Assembly: GCA_013265495.1 (NCBI GenBank)
Contig: MU058687.1
Location: 682,001 to 746,000 of the forward strand
Reading direction: 5' to 3'
Source of the DNA: Vicugna vicugna
Lineage: Eukaryota
Length of the DNA stretch: 64,000 nt
Within the stretch, counting starts at the first letter, position 1. Every line of letters starts with the position of its first letter. The translations under genes were made by a program, and so were the position numbers. Below, piece by piece: positions 24,081-37,269 of this stretch. The notes under the pieces were generated by a model that made no database searches, was not told the origin of the DNA, and was given only the letters and a program-made list of their open reading frames with translations.

Positions 24081-24087
24081 TCAGCCC

Positions 24088-24230
24088 AAGCTAGTGTTTC
24101 TCGAAGTGTGGACAGCACCTGTGTCAGAAGTGCCTTTTCTTTGATGACATGCAGATTCATGGGCCTGAGCCAGGCCTATGGAATCTCAACACCCAGAGGC
24201 GGGCCTGAGAATGTGCATTTTAAACACATG
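24088..24230. mobile_element. MER5-like hAT-Charlie fragment next to the exon donor
   Basis: agtgtttctcgaagtgtgg...gcagattc...gaatgtgcattttaaac. Confidence 0.55.
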
Positions 24231-24237
24231 GACTCAC

Positions 24238-24654
24238 CTCCTCCTCCTCCTGGTCATCCTCTTGGCTTTGCAACTCCTCTTGAACCCCATAGGACACAGT
24301 CTGGATGGTGACATCCTCTTCTGCTGGGCCAGCGTCCGTGGACTGCTCCGTAGGCCCAGCCTGGGGCTCCCTGCTCTCTGTGAAGCTGGTCTCACAGCTG
24401 CCTGCCCTGGGCTCCTTGACCTTGTCCCTCCCTAGGAGGCAGCTGGGCCTGTACCAGGCCTCCACAGCCAGCTGCAGGGACCCTGGGTCCAGGAGCTGGT
24501 GGGCATGAGCAGGGCCAGCACTGCCCAGGAGGTAGGAGTAGATCTTCTCCTGGCACGGCCAGGGGGGAGAAGCCTCGGGGTAGGGGTAGGAGCCGGGGAG
24601 GTGTGCGGGGTTCCGAGGCAGCAGTGGATTCTGTAGCTCACTCAGACTCTCCAT
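24238..24654 (-). CDS. SYNDIG1L: SYNDIG1L coding exon (first coding exon, aa 1-139)
   Basis: ATG at 24654 in strong Kozak context (ACCATGG). Translates MESLSELQNPLL...TIQTVSYGVQEELQSQEDDQEEEE, recognisable as the SYNDIG1L/capucin N-terminus. Donor GAG|gtgagt after 24238; acceptor cag|G at 24731, giving 77 nt of 5' UTR. Confidence 0.96.
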
Positions 24655-24934
24655 GGTTCTGGGGGCAGCTCTGGGGAGGGGAACCCCAGAGCCCCAAGAC
24701 TTGATGGCCAGCTGAGCAGTCCTCAGAGAGCCTGCTGGGAGAGCAAGACAGACTGATGCTGGAGGCAGGGCTGGAAGTGGTCAAGAGCACAGGCTCTGTG
24801 GTCTGACCTGCCTCAGACCCCGCCTTTACCACCAGCCAACCTCGGGGCCTCGAGCTGGCTGCTCAACTTCTCAGAGCCTCCGTTTCTTTGTCTGTGAATC
24901 AGGGAGAGCAGCAGTACTTACCTCATAGAGCTGC

Positions 24935-25600
24935 TTCATTCATTTATCCATGCAACACAGTTATGGAGCATCAGTGATGGTCAGGTACTGTGCAGATGCT
25001 GGGGATGCGATGGTCAGAAAGGCAGGAAGTGAGGAGAGGAAGAAGGATGCACACTTGTCTTCCCGGAGCTTACAGTCTGGTGAAGACACCTGCCCTGAAG
25101 AAGTATAGCAGAGGGTGTAAGAATGGACAATGGATAGAACTGACACAGAGGCGCAGGGGAGGGTTTGGAGCTGGGATCTGAGGGAAGAAGACGAGTTGAC
25201 AAGATGAGGGGGGCAGGAACATATTTCCTGAAGAGGCAGGATAAAGGATGGCAGGTCTGGGAGCCTAGGGGAAGGCTGGTGTGACTCAGGGTACAGAGAT
25301 GTGAGACGGAGTGTGGGGTCAGACTGTGCAGCCCTGTTTAGGTCTAAGGGGCCTTCAGGGTTCTTGGCAGGGGTGATAGGATGAGATCTGGGTCCTGAAG
25401 CTTTATCCTATGGCTGTGTGTGGGGAGTGCCCTGGAGAGGGCTGACCATGACGCCATGCTTTGCCATGGCTTCAGGTAAGCTGAGGACAACTAAGACTCA
25501 ATAGTAAGGCAGATGGAGAAAAGGGGGGAGAATGTCTTGGGAGATATTAACAGGACTTGGTAGCAGGTGGGATTTTGGGTTGAGGGAAGATCTGTTTTAA
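24935..25600. mobile_element. L2 fragments (MIR adjacent at ~24830-24930)
   Basis: ttcattcatttatccatgcaacac...ggagcttacagtctggtg. Confidence 0.6.
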
Positions 25601-25804
25601 GGTTGGATGGGATCACGCTTAGCTCCTAGCACGGCACAGGCCACATGGTCACAGAAGTCAGCTCTTCCTGGGTGAGGATGCTTCTCCCCAGGTATGGCCT
25701 TAGAGGGATGCACTTTGGCTAATCTCACTTCTAAGGCAAATTGTGGGAAATGGGGCAACTCCTCCTGGGTGCTGAGGTCTGGACTTGCACATGCCAACTG
25801 GAAG

Positions 25805-25937
25805 TGTAGACACACCCAAGGGCTGCCTCTTCCTCCTTCAGCCAGCCCTGAGCACCCACTATGTGCCCTTCCCAAGAGTATAGCAGATGCCCAGGGCTGG
25901 CTGAAGGAGGAAAAGTCAGCCTTTGAATGTGTCTACA
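25805..25937. repeat. 59-bp inverted repeat with 15-nt spacer
   Basis: Arms 25805-25863 and 25879-25937 share 49/59 positions, including a 21-bp perfect core ttcctccttcagccagccctg. Confidence 0.92.
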
Positions 25938-26074
25938 ACAAATCCACAATCGGGGCGTGGCAGGTAGAAGTGGGGTCTGCAGAAAGAGTAGGGGCAGGCC
26001 AGGTGGCTTGAGAAGCCCTGATCTCCAGGAACATCATCTGTAAAGTGCAGACGACAATCCCTGCCCACAAGGTG

Positions 26075-26169
26075 TTTTGTGTTTTGTTTTAAATGGAGAA
26101 GTACTGGGGATTGAACCCAGGACCTCATGCATGCATGCACACTACCACTGAGCTATATCCCCTCTCCCC
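26075..26169 (-). mobile_element. tRNA-Ala-derived SINE (Vic-1-like)
   Basis: gtactggggattgaacccaggacctc...ccactgagctata, the same family as the other copies. Confidence 0.85.
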
Positions 26170-29100
26170 TACTAGATTGTTCTGAGGGTCAAAAGAGATG
26201 GCTGAGATGCAAGTATGTTGTAGATTGTAAGTGGGAGGGGCTGCTGCGCTTATTTCTGAGCTTCAGAACTTGTCCTCACCCCGTCCCTGACCAGGGCCAT
26301 TTCTGGCCTTCTATCGGGTGTTCTGCTAACAGTAAAGGGAAAACTGGGGGAGATATTTCGGTCCTCAGGGTTGGGTTTATCCTCCCTAGTCTTATTCTCC
26401 ACCAAGAATTCACAGCCAAAGCCCGGCAAAGGTCATTTCTACTTCTGCCCCGAGAGGAGTGGCTGGATTTTCGAAAGCTGGTTCTTAGGGAAACTAAAGA
26501 CAGAGCATAGCCCCAGAAATAATGCCCAGGGAGTGGGACAAAGCAAGGGGAGGAGGAGGGCCAGGCAAGCCTAGGGGAGGGCGGCGAGGGGGTGTCTGTG
26601 GCAGGGCTGGGCTCCCCTGGCTGGGCTGCTAGAAGGGTGGAAGTGGGCTGTTGCCTGCTTAGGGGCAAAGAAGCGAGGAGCAAGAAGAGGCTGCCCTTGT
26701 CTCAGAGGCTCTGAGCCCCTCAGAGGTGTGGCCCTGGGGCTGGGGCTCCAAGAATGTCTAACAAAGACTCATGGAAGGGTGTAAAGAAGAGCATGTGGTC
26801 CAAGTGCCCAACTCTTCACCAGGGAGGGCACAGATGGTGCTGGAGGTACTGGACTGCCATGTGTCCGGAGGCCCCGTTGCCAAGTTAACCAGCTATGGCA
26901 GAAGCTTCTCCACATGCAGAGAGGAAGGCTGAGAAAGGACAGAACTTAGGTCACTACTCTCCAGTGCTGACAAATACAGGGGCCTCACTACTTCTCCCTC
27001 CTCCTTCCTCTCCAGGGGTCAAACATGCAGGGAACCCCTGAGTGACGTGGAGGGGCTCTTCCCTCCAGGCGAGGAGTGCCCAAGGCAGAGGCCTCACTGG
27101 GCCAAGCTCATGCCCGGGCTCCTCTGGGTAGATTCCCAGCAGCCCTGGGCTCTCTAATCCCCAAAGACATCTTCTGAGCCCCTGTCACAGCCTCCCCCGC
27201 CACCAGCAGATGTGACCCACAGATGTGGAGCTGAAGGACATGTGACGATAGGATCATGGGTCTGAGAGTTGGGTGCACTGAGTTTCCATTCTGGATCCAT
27301 CCCCATTAGCTTTTTGACCTGGCACAGTTACAGTCAGTTTCCCATCTGTAACAAGAGGGACTGGATTAAATGATCACTGATGTCGATGGTGACACTAACA
27401 TTCCATGATCCCATAGCTTCAAGGAGGACTTCTATTTCACAGAAGTGACATCCCCCCACTCCCCGCCCTCTTGCAGTAGTCAGGAAAAGATGAGGACACT
27501 CAGAGCCCAGTGAGCTCAGTTGCCACCTTCCCTACCATGGCCCCTCCAGCCGGTTGAGGGAGGCAGAAGAAATGCACGACGTCTGTTTGCCAGACGAACT
27601 GTGGGGCCATGGAGTCTTTGCCCGGTTTCTCAACTCCCCCTGGGCTGCCCCTCTCCGAGCCCTGTCCCTCCACCTGTCCCCTGCTGTCACTCATCTTGCC
27701 CACCCTCTGGGCTTCCATTTATGTGGGCATAGGCACACAGGTGCCTTTCTGAGGGGGTAGGGTTGGGGGGACCAGCCCCAGGGCCCTCAGAACAAATGAA
27801 TGCATCAAACTCACCCCTGCCCCGTGCCCTGCCTCGCCAGGAAGCCAAGCTCTAATCCTCCAGAAGGAAAGGAGGGAATCAGGCCCCGGAGCTCTGGAGA
27901 CTGCAGGGGCATTTGCAGGGCAATTGTCCAGGGCAGGTAGGAGTGGTTGTGTCCCAACTCACCCCTCTGCTCCTACCAGCCACCCTCTCTTGGTCAAAGT
28001 ACACCCAGCTGAGCCTCTGAAACCCAAGCCACACAGCCTTTCCTGGATCACCCCCTACCCCACCACGCACATACCCCAATCATGCCTTTAGGCAGAACTT
28101 CTCAGCTCTTCAGGCACAAAGATGTATGATCTTGGATTTTCCACAATAAGGACAAACTGGAAAACACCTGAACATCCAACAATCGGGGACAAGTTAAGTG
28201 AATTATGGTGCAAAAACACAGCAGTACAAGGCCTTCGAACAGGTTTGCAAAGAGGAATAGTGTGAGAAAATGCTTTCTGCAGATTCAGTGAGAAGGAAGA
28301 AAAGAACACTGTATGCGCGTGTAATTTCAACTCTGCCAAAATGTCAACAGTGATTATCTCCAGGGGTGGGAGCACAGGTGCTTTTCTTTTCTTTTTTTTT
28401 TTACACCATGTTTTTTTCTGTTTTCCACATTTATTTTTTCCAATGAGCGTGCACTACTTTTGAACCAGAAAGAAATTAATAGATTTCTCCTGAGCCAAAT
28501 TATCTAAAATCAGTTTAAATGCTCCAGGCTGGGCCGTTCCTTCTGGGTTTGGAGGCCAAGCCCAGGATCGAAACCTGCCCCACCCTCACCTTAATATCAA
28601 CAGACAGGCACACAACACATGCACACACACACACAAGCACATACTCACACCCACACCTCCACTTCCATAAAGCAACCAAGTTAGGGGCTGCAGCACCCAC
28701 CCGCTCGCAGTCCAGCCAAGGGTCACAGTTCTTTAATGGGTCGTGTTCTTCCCATAACCTGCTAAAGCCACCCAGGAGTTCAATGAGCTGACCCTAAGGG
28801 CCAGCCCTGAGTCCTGGTCAGAAGTCCTGGCCTGATCCTTTGGCTTGTTGCTTAGGGCTCCTTCTCTCTGCTCCCTGGAATAAGGGACCAGAATTCAAAG
28901 CAGAGCAATTTTCATCTCCACCTCTACTGCCTGGTCTGACCTAGACTGTGCGTCCTTTCAGGCTGTGTGCGGTACTGTGTGTGGTACTGGGCACAAAGAC
29001 TTGCTGGTGAGCATGCCTCTGTGAGTGTGTGTGCGCACGTGTGCACTCTGCTCCGTGAGATGTCTGGGATTCTGAATGTAAAAAGATTGTTCCAAACTTG

Positions 29101-29789
29101 TGGTTGTGGCTGGGGATCTGGGCCCCACAAGAGGAGAGGGAGAGAGGTGGATCTGTGAGGCCACAGTCCCTGGCTTTTTCCCTTTTGAGCTGAGAACAGG
29201 TTTTCCACACCCTGATTTAGGGAAGGAGACCACACTGCCACCTCCCAGACTAGGACGGAAAGCCATCCAGGAATCCACTGGAGTCCAAATGCAGCTTCCC
29301 ACTGGAATCTAGTCATGCAGTGTAGTATCAGTTGGCTTACCTATAAAATGTGTGGAAAGGGTAGGAGGAGTCAATTTTTAACAGCTCAGCTCAATACGAA
29401 CCTGGAATTCTACTGGGAGAAGAAGAATTTCCATTTATTGAGCTTTTTGTCACATGTCAGGAATTGAACTGTTCTAAATGCTCACTTTGACTCTATAATT
29501 CTAGTGGGAGAATAGCCATAGGACAGAGGGCTTCCTTTTCAGAAATTACAGACCAACTTGCGCTACACCAAATCTGCCAATGATAGCTAGAAAAGCCAGG
29601 GAAAAACACGAAGGCATTGAAAAATCACCAAGGAAGCAAGAACTTGAGGGGCCAAAGCACCAAGATTCCAGGGGGAAGAGAAACACAAACAGGTGAGCCT
29701 GACTTTGGCACCACTGGCTCCTTCTAGCAGTATCAGGGGCCAGGAGAAAAACCAGAGTTTGGGGCCCGTTCAAGACGAAGGGCCCCGGT

Positions 29790-29955
29790 GAGAAGATTCA
29801 TCAGCATCACCCGGAGGACTTGTTAAACCCAGACTGCTGGCTCCCACTCTCACAGTTTCTGATTTTGGGATGGGGCTTGAGAATTTTCATTTCTAGCAAG
29901 TTCCCAGGTGATGTTGAATCTGCTGGTCCAGGGACCCACTTCAAGAACCACTGCT
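29790..29955. mobile_element. MER5A-like hAT-Charlie
   Basis: catcagcatcacc...ttctagcaagttcccaggtgatg...ttcaagaaccactg. Confidence 0.75.
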
Positions 29956-29989
29956 CCGATAATCCCTGAAAGAAGAGTAAAAGAATGTA

Positions 29990-30570
29990 CAACCAGGAAG
30001 CTAATAGATGGGGGAATATGAAAGAACAAAATACTTATTTGTCCAAAATGAAGCAAGAAAAGATAGAAAAAATGGAATATAGAACTGACCAAGACAAATA
30101 GAAAACAAACAAGATGTTGGATATACACCCAACTATATCAGTAATTATACTGAATGTGAATAGAATAAAATTGTTCCCAAAAGACAAAGATAGTCACATA
30201 GTATGTTATTACATTTATAAGAAATTCTAGAAAAGCCCAAACTATAGTGACAGAAAGCAAATCAGTGGTTGTTGAGGGCCAGGGTTAAGGGATACATTGT
30301 AAAGGAGCATGAGGACCTTTTGGAGTGATGGAACTGTTCTATATCTTGATTGTGGTAGTGGTTACATGACTGTATGTATTTTTACAAAACTCACTGAATT
30401 GTACCCTTAAAATTAGTGATTTTTTTGTATGTGTATTATACCTCAAAACTCATTAAAAAAAAGACAAAGACTGGATTTTTAAAACAGCAAAATCCAACTG
30501 TATGCTGCTTATAAGCAATGTACCTTAAATTTAAAAATACAAAAATGTTTAAAGTAAAAGTATGAAATAA
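29990..30570 (+). mobile_element. Old L1 fragment with nested L1 3' end
   Basis: Insert at 30191-30458 flanked by aaaagacaaaga (30179-30190 / 30459-30470). The host resumes with L1 ORF2-start-like ccaactgtatgctgcttataag. Confidence 0.7.
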
Positions 30571-30574
30571 TAAT

Positions 30575-31430
30575 AAAATCTCACACTAAGTTCTTACTGT
30601 GTTCCAGGCACCGTTCTAAATGCTAAATATCTCAGTTAATCCTTACAGTAACCCTATGAATCATTCTCTCTATTTTACAGATAAAGATACTGAGGCATAA
30701 GAAATAAATGCCCACAGGCACACAGCTGGTGAGTGGTGAGCTGGACACAAGCCCTGGAAGTCTGACTCCAGAGTCACTGTGCTCTGGTGTCACTCTGTGT
30801 TGGCTGCCATCTACTGAGTGCTTTCTTTGTTCTGAACACTAAGCCAGGTGCTTCAAATGCAGTATCTCAATCCTTCCTCTTTCACGTGGTGGGGAACTGT
30901 GGCTCAGAGAGGTTAAATAGGATTTCTGAGATCACACAGCTGGAGAGTGGCAGAGCCCCAGTTGACCCAGGTCTGCCTGATTAGAGCTCATGCTGGCCCA
31001 AACAGCATCCAGTTCTCTGGGATCAGTTGCAGGGGGTGGCTTAGAGAAGATTTGTTGTGTGCCCTACCTGGTGGGCTCTGAAATGCCTGGAAAGAGGCAC
31101 CACGAACACTGTTAAAAAGAGACCACAGGGAGGGACAGTGTGATGTGGGACAAGGAGGTGGGTCATTATCCTTGGGATGGGGCCAGTCTTATCAGAACCC
31201 AGTAAAATTATAGTGGTTGTTATTTACTGCATCCTTACATGAGCCCCGTGTTTCACACACTGTATCTCAAAACTGTACAACCACTGATGAAGTTGGCTAT
31301 TAATATTTCCCATTTTTCAGATGAGGAAACTGAGGCTCAGAAAGGTTAAGTAACATGCAGAAGATTCAATAGTAATAGACCCTGGATTTGAACCTAGGTT
31401 TAATTGAGTCCAAAGCCTGGGCTGTCATTT
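30575..31430. mobile_element. MIR cluster
   Basis: MIR cores: attttacagataaagatactgaggc; catttttcagatgaggaaactgaggctcagaaaggttaagtaac. Confidence 0.8.
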
Positions 31431-32188
31431 ACTACTCCTTTCAGAGCCTACCTTTCATAATGTGTAGAGGAGTGTGGTAAACGGTGTGGGCGTGAGAGTG
31501 GTGAGGACTTGGCTTTGAAAGGGTTAAAACCAGATGCTCAGTGAAGGGAGTGGGAAATGGGAGTTTTAGGAAGAGATTAAGAGATTTGGGGTGATTTGGC
31601 AGCCCAGGGGTGGCTACATAGATAACCTTAAGATCTGGCTTCAAATAAATATAGAGCCATTGTGAGGAAGTCCAATTGCTGACCACTGTCTCTCAGTGCA
31701 ACAAGAGAGATTGCTTCTAATCTGAGATAAAAGCCAGAACTTCCTAGCAGGGCAGGAGATTGAATAGAATTGATTACAATCCGAGGAAGAGGTGCCTTCT
31801 TTAAGAATAGGCGCTAGACCATCCTCTAGGCAGATAATATGTAAACTGCTCTGTAAACTGTGAAGTGCTATGACTTTGATGGCTGTTGGCAGATAGCTTG
31901 GGGCTGGGCTTGATGATTTCTGGCCTGGAAGCTTGGAATCATGGTTGCAGCTTGTATCTGATAGTAGAGAGAGAAAGAGTCCAGGGTCAGGGGTGGGTAG
32001 AGGAGGTGAGGCTGGCAGAAGCAAGGGAAAATGGAGAATTTAGCTTTCTTTTCTTCAGTTTGCTTCCTCAGGAAGCAAACACAGTTGATCATCCTTTCTC
32101 TCTCTTCCATCTCCAAATGCTCCTAACTCTTGACCCTTCCTAATGGCACTTAAACATATTGTAGTTTCTCTGGTTTAAAAAAAGAAAT

Positions 32189-32700
32189 TGTGATGACTGT
32201 AAAACCTGACTGCCTGACATTTCTCCCCATTGAGAGGTAGGGGTCTATGTCCCTCCTCTCTAATCTGAGTGAGCTTGTGACTGCTTCAACCACAGAGCAC
32301 AGCAAAAGTGATGCTATGTGACTTCGGAGGGCAGATTATAAAAGGCCATGCATCTTTCACCTTGCTTGCTGGAACACTCACTCTTGGAGCCTTGAGTCCG
32401 CCATGCTGGATAGGCCATGTGTGTAATGCTGTGGTCGATGGAGCCTGCTGAGCCCAGCCTTCTGGTCATCCCCAAGATGCCAGACATGTGAGTGAAGCCA
32501 TCTTAGATTGTTTGAACCAGCCTATCTGTTTGCTGAGTACCACTGGGTGACCTCTGTCCATGTCACACAGAGTGGAATAATCACACAGCTCAACCCTGCT
32601 TGAATTTCTGACCTCCAATGTCGTGAGATATAATAAACTGTCCACTGTTTTAGCTGCCAAATTTTGAGGTAGTTAGGCAGAAACATATAACTGGAACATC
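32189..32700 (+). mobile_element. MLT1-family MaLR LTR
   Basis: Starts TG; contains ccagacatgtgagtgaagccatctt and aataaa...ttttgaggt...ataactggaaca. Confidence 0.75.
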
Positions 32701-32739
32701 TGTCCTCTCTGCCATTTCCCCCCTTTGGCTCCTGTCCTC

Positions 32740-33990
32740 TCTCTCTCCTTTACTTCACGGTCATGCTTCTCAGAAGCATTGTCTCCACACACGTCACAAT
32801 ACTTCAGCTCTCAGCTCAAAAGTCACTTTCTCAGGAAGGTCATCCCTACATCCTCAGCCTAGATTTAGCTTGCTTGGTTATCTGCTCTCCAAGCTCCAGC
32901 TCTTCCTCTCAAGGAGTTTATCACAGTCTCTATTTATATATGTGTGATTCGTTGATTAGTCTTTCTTCCTCATCAGATCTTGTGAGCTTCAAGAGGGTGG
33001 GAATTGTGTCTACTTCCTCATACTTGCAGCCTCTTGCCTGACATATAGTAGGCACTCCATAAACAGTTGATCTCATGAATGAATGAGTGAAATAGTGAAT
33101 GAGTGAGCTAGCTGTGCTGAGGCTCCTCCTTAAGAAAGTACTTTCCAGGATCTGGGATGGATGGAGCACATCTGGCTGGGGCACATTTAGTTCTGCACAA
33201 CAAACATTTCAAACTGGTTCAGACCAGTTCTTGGAATGCAAAAATAAACAAGAAGTGGTATCTTCTCTGAGGAGGGACGGGAAACACAGACTATCAAATA
33301 CAAAGTTTCCTTGCCATGGTGTAAGTTGTGCTAGCAGGACATGGAGTGTTAGGGTTGAATTGGTAAGGGACTCCTATCCTGAGATGAGAGTGAAGGTGAC
33401 GGTGGGAAGTAGGAAGAGGCTTTTAGAGTAGGGGACATCTGAACTGAGTCTTGAAGGAAGAAGATTAGTCATTGTGTGAGACAATGAGAAAAGAGTATTT
33501 CCAGCAGAGAAAACAGCACAGAAGCCTGGGGAAGTGGTACAGAGGGGAAGCCAGGTGGCCTGGTATTGATGGAATGAGGCAAGAGAGGTGGGAAGGCCTC
33601 CTACTCCTTGCAGAGAAGCTTTTTTCTTTGGGCAGTGGGGAGCCAAAATGGTTGTAGCAAGGAAGTAATATGGTCATATTTGTGTTTTAGGCAGAGCACT
33701 CTGGTTGGCATTAGTGGGTAGAAAGGATTTAAGGAGTGTGAAAATGGAAGCTAGGAATCCTGTTAAGAGACCATTGTAAAAATGCAGGCAAGAGAGGATG
33801 AGGAGCTGAACCTGATCTATGACAAAATGGATTGAGGTTGTAGTTAGGGGGCTAAATGAATAGGACTTTGCAGTTAACTAAGAGTAAGGGAGAGGGAGGA
33901 GCAAGAACGACTTCCAGGTTTCTGGTTTTATCAGCTATGTAGAAGGTGATGCCACCAAGTTAGACAAAAAGTCTATGGGGAAGTTGCTGG
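32740..33990. mobile_element. L2 fragments in both orientations
   Basis: gcctgacatatagtaggcactccataaac...gaatgaatgagtga; gacatctgaactgagtcttgaagga. Confidence 0.6.
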
Positions 33991-35010
33991 TTCAAGCAGG
34001 CAGCCTGAACACAAATGACCACTTCTTCTCCATCTTAAGCTTCCATTAAAATGATAGGACATATATTTTCAAAAGAACAAAATCACAACAAAACCGGAAA
34101 ACAGAGAAGAATATCAGTGGACCAGAAACACAGAGGCATTTCTAGAAGATAAAAAGCAGATGAGATTTCTTATTGAAGAAATCAGTACAGAGAAACTTTC
34201 AAATACAAACATCAGAGGTAAGAACAATTCTCATTTAAAGGAGAAACCTATTAGGGAAACAAACTTACCCAACTTCAGAGGAAATCCACACCAGCTGCCT
34301 ATGCTAGTGAACACCTTCTTTATTCATTAATTCTGAGTGAACAACAAAAGATAATGAAAAATAGCTATATGAAAATAAAAGAGAAAGATTAAATAAAAAA
34401 ACAGAAAATTGACCCATAAGATTCCTAAGTCATTCAAGTTACAGAAAAGACCTTTAACTTTTTTTTCAATTCATATCCTCAGAGAGATGTAAGAGGACAT
34501 TGCATCCATAAAACAAGAACAAGCTGCTATGAAAGAGGAACAATAAAAGAACAAAAAAGTGTTTTGGAAATTGAAAATAATTGTCTAAATTTTCAAAAAT
34601 TCAGTGGGATAAGTACAGTGGTAGAGCACACATTTAACATGCACAAGGTCCTGGATTCAATCCCCAATACCTCCATTAAAAAAAATCACCCCCCCCAAAA
34701 AAAATTCAGTGGAGAAACTGGATAATAGAATGGACACAAAGACTAACTTTTTAATATAAAAGAAAAAGTTAATGAAATTTCCCAAGACAGAGCAAAAAGA
34801 CAAAAAGATGGAAGATACAAAAGTTAAAAGATATGGAGGAGAGTCCCAGGAGGCCCAACATCCACCTAATAGGAGTGTCATAAAGATACAATAGAAAGAT
34901 TTGAGGAGAAAAATAATAAAGAAGTGAAAGTAAAAAGTATTTCCTGAGCTGAAAAAAAAAGAATATTTAGATTGAAAAGGGCTACCAAGTACTAACTGGG
35001 AAAAATGACA
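33990..35010 (+). mobile_element. Ancient L1/HAL1-like ORF1-region fragment
   Basis: A-rich decayed coding-like sequence (aacatccacctaataggagt, tttcctgagctgaaa, agattgaaaagggc). Confidence 0.6.
34606..34699 (+). mobile_element. tRNA-Ala-derived SINE inserted in an old LINE
   Basis: cagtggtagagc...gcacaaggtcctggattcaatcccc; 13-bp TSD aaaaattcagtgg at 34595-34607 / 34700-34712. Confidence 0.85.
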
Positions 35011-35078
35011 CATACACACACACAAACACACACAAACACACACAAACACACACACACACACACACACACCCCACACAC
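35008..35078. repeat. Compound (CA)n microsatellite
   Basis: cacatacacacacacaaacacacacaaac... Confidence 0.9.
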
Positions 35079-36146
35079 AGAAGAGCAGAATGGGAAGGAG
35101 AAATAGATAAGTTTGGTTTTGAAGTGCTTTTGGGATATGAGGTTAGAAACTCCCCTGGCAAGTGGATATATGGAGTTGAATTCCCGGGTAGTGGTCAGGG
35201 CTAGAGAGAGATCTGAGAACGATTGAAGGACCTACAGAGAGTGAGAAGAAGAGGGCAGAGAGAGAAACCCAGGAAAGAGAGGTAAACAGCTGGAGCACTT
35301 CCCAACTCCCATGAGAGTCTTAACTGCTGTTTTCCTCGGAACATCAGTCTACCCTCTTTTTAATCCATTGCCACCCTAGGCTCCTGTGGGCTGGACTGGT
35401 CTCTCTTAGAACATAATTCACTTGCCTAGGGGTTGGGTTTGGGGCTGAGAAAGGTGAAAATTGCTGGGAGGATTAAGCTGGTGACACCACTACTCAAATT
35501 AGTTTGTTTTCAGGTGGAAATCAGATCTTTATTCTTGCTGAAACAACCTGTCTCTCCACTGAAGCAGCTCATTCCCGACCACTTATAAGCAAACAGCAAA
35601 TCTAATGGTGGAAGATAACACATCTAATGGAGAAGTGGAGCATCAGGCTCTCATTCCCTGCTTGGTTTGCTTGGGGCAGAGGGGTGAGACTGGTGGGGAG
35701 GGGATAGAGTGGTTGGTGGCAGCTGCAGGGAGAATGGAGAAGAGAGGATAAGGAAAGAGGCAAGAGAAGAGAGGACCTCAATACAAAGAGCAGAGATGAG
35801 ACCAGTCTTTAGTGTGCCCTGGCTTGCAGCAGAGGGGACCTTGCTCCAGGCAGGCTGTCCATCGAACCCCTGAGAAAGGAAAGGAGTTGTAAAGTGCCAA
35901 AAGTTTAGAGCTCTGGGATGTTTCTTCTTCCCAAAGTGTAGCCTGTTCCTTCTGCTTTTTTCTCCATGGAGTGGTGTACTTTAGGGTTGAAAGTCCCTCT
36001 AGGATGCAAAGATGAATTGACCTTTTGAATTGGAAAGTAATTAATAATGTACAGATTTCTCCAGATATTCTCTGCCTCTGTCATTTTGTGTGTGCCACCA
36101 GGGAAAGGGGCCTGCATGTCTGTATTTCAGTTTCAATCTCTTTCTT

Positions 36147-36170
36147 ACACACACACACACACACACACAC
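36147..36170. repeat. (CA)n microsatellite
   Basis: About 12 units. Confidence 0.9.
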
Positions 36171-37269
36171 CATTTCTTAATGACCATGTCACACTGATCT
36201 CTCCCTCTTCCTCAGATCTCCCTGCCACCAACCCCACCTCGCCACCAGCCCCAGGTCACTGAAATCAACCAATCATGTGCCAGGGTTGACTCTCTTCTTC
36301 CCTTGGAGGCCTTGCAAAGGTGGTCAGAGTAGAAGCCTCAATAGGGAGGGGGCTGGAGAGGCAGGTAAGTAGCCAGGGGGTAGTATTCCTGGTTGGGAGA
36401 GGAGCCAGATGTGTCTGCCTGGGTGACCAGAGGTGCCCTGAGCCCTGACAGCTCTGGGGGTAGGGTGTCCACCCAGACAGCTGCAGAAAGAGGGGTGATA
36501 CATTGTTCTAGCCCCAGCAGCAGACCAGTCTTGCAGAAAATAAAGCCCCTTTCTATGCTTTCGGCTGCCACTGTTGTTGTCACTTTGTTATGAGGGTTAG
36601 TGACTGTCCATTAACTCCAGAGAGCTGATTCTCGCTAGTGCTGCACCAACAGCTGGGAGCCAGAAAGTGCTGACATGGGGGGAGGGGTTGATTCCCCCAC
36701 CCTGGCTGGACGCTTGCAGGGTAAGTCAGGGAGGTCACTGGCATGGCTTACTCAGCTCTACCCAAGTGCCAATTAGCTAAGGTTTTTCTGAACATAGCCA
36801 GGCCTGCCACAGTTGAGAAAAATTATTGTCAGAGAGGCTCATTTTGTTTTTGTATATAAAGAAATCCTCCCCACCAGGGATAGATCTATCCTGACTGTCC
36901 CCTCCTCTAGTCTTAGGAGGAGGATCCAAGCCAGGCAGGGTCCCTGGGAGGAGATGGCCAAGGACTGGCTACTTGCATGGGATGTTGTGGGGGGAGTGCT
37001 TTCCTGGCCTCTTGGCTTGGATGCAGAGGCCCTCCCAGCTCAGCAACTCTGTACACCCTCATGGCTTTCTCAGGGAAATAAGGAACAAGGAGATCTTAAG
37101 AAAATACCAAAAACATAAATAGCCTTTTCTGCTTCCTTTGCTCCTTTCCACTCCATTAATAAAATCCCATTCTTCACAGAAAGGACATTAACTTCCTTTT
37201 CCAACCAGGTTAATGAAGCTGGTACTCTGTGTTCAAGGAGAACTGGGGATTTGTAAGCTCAGGACAGCC

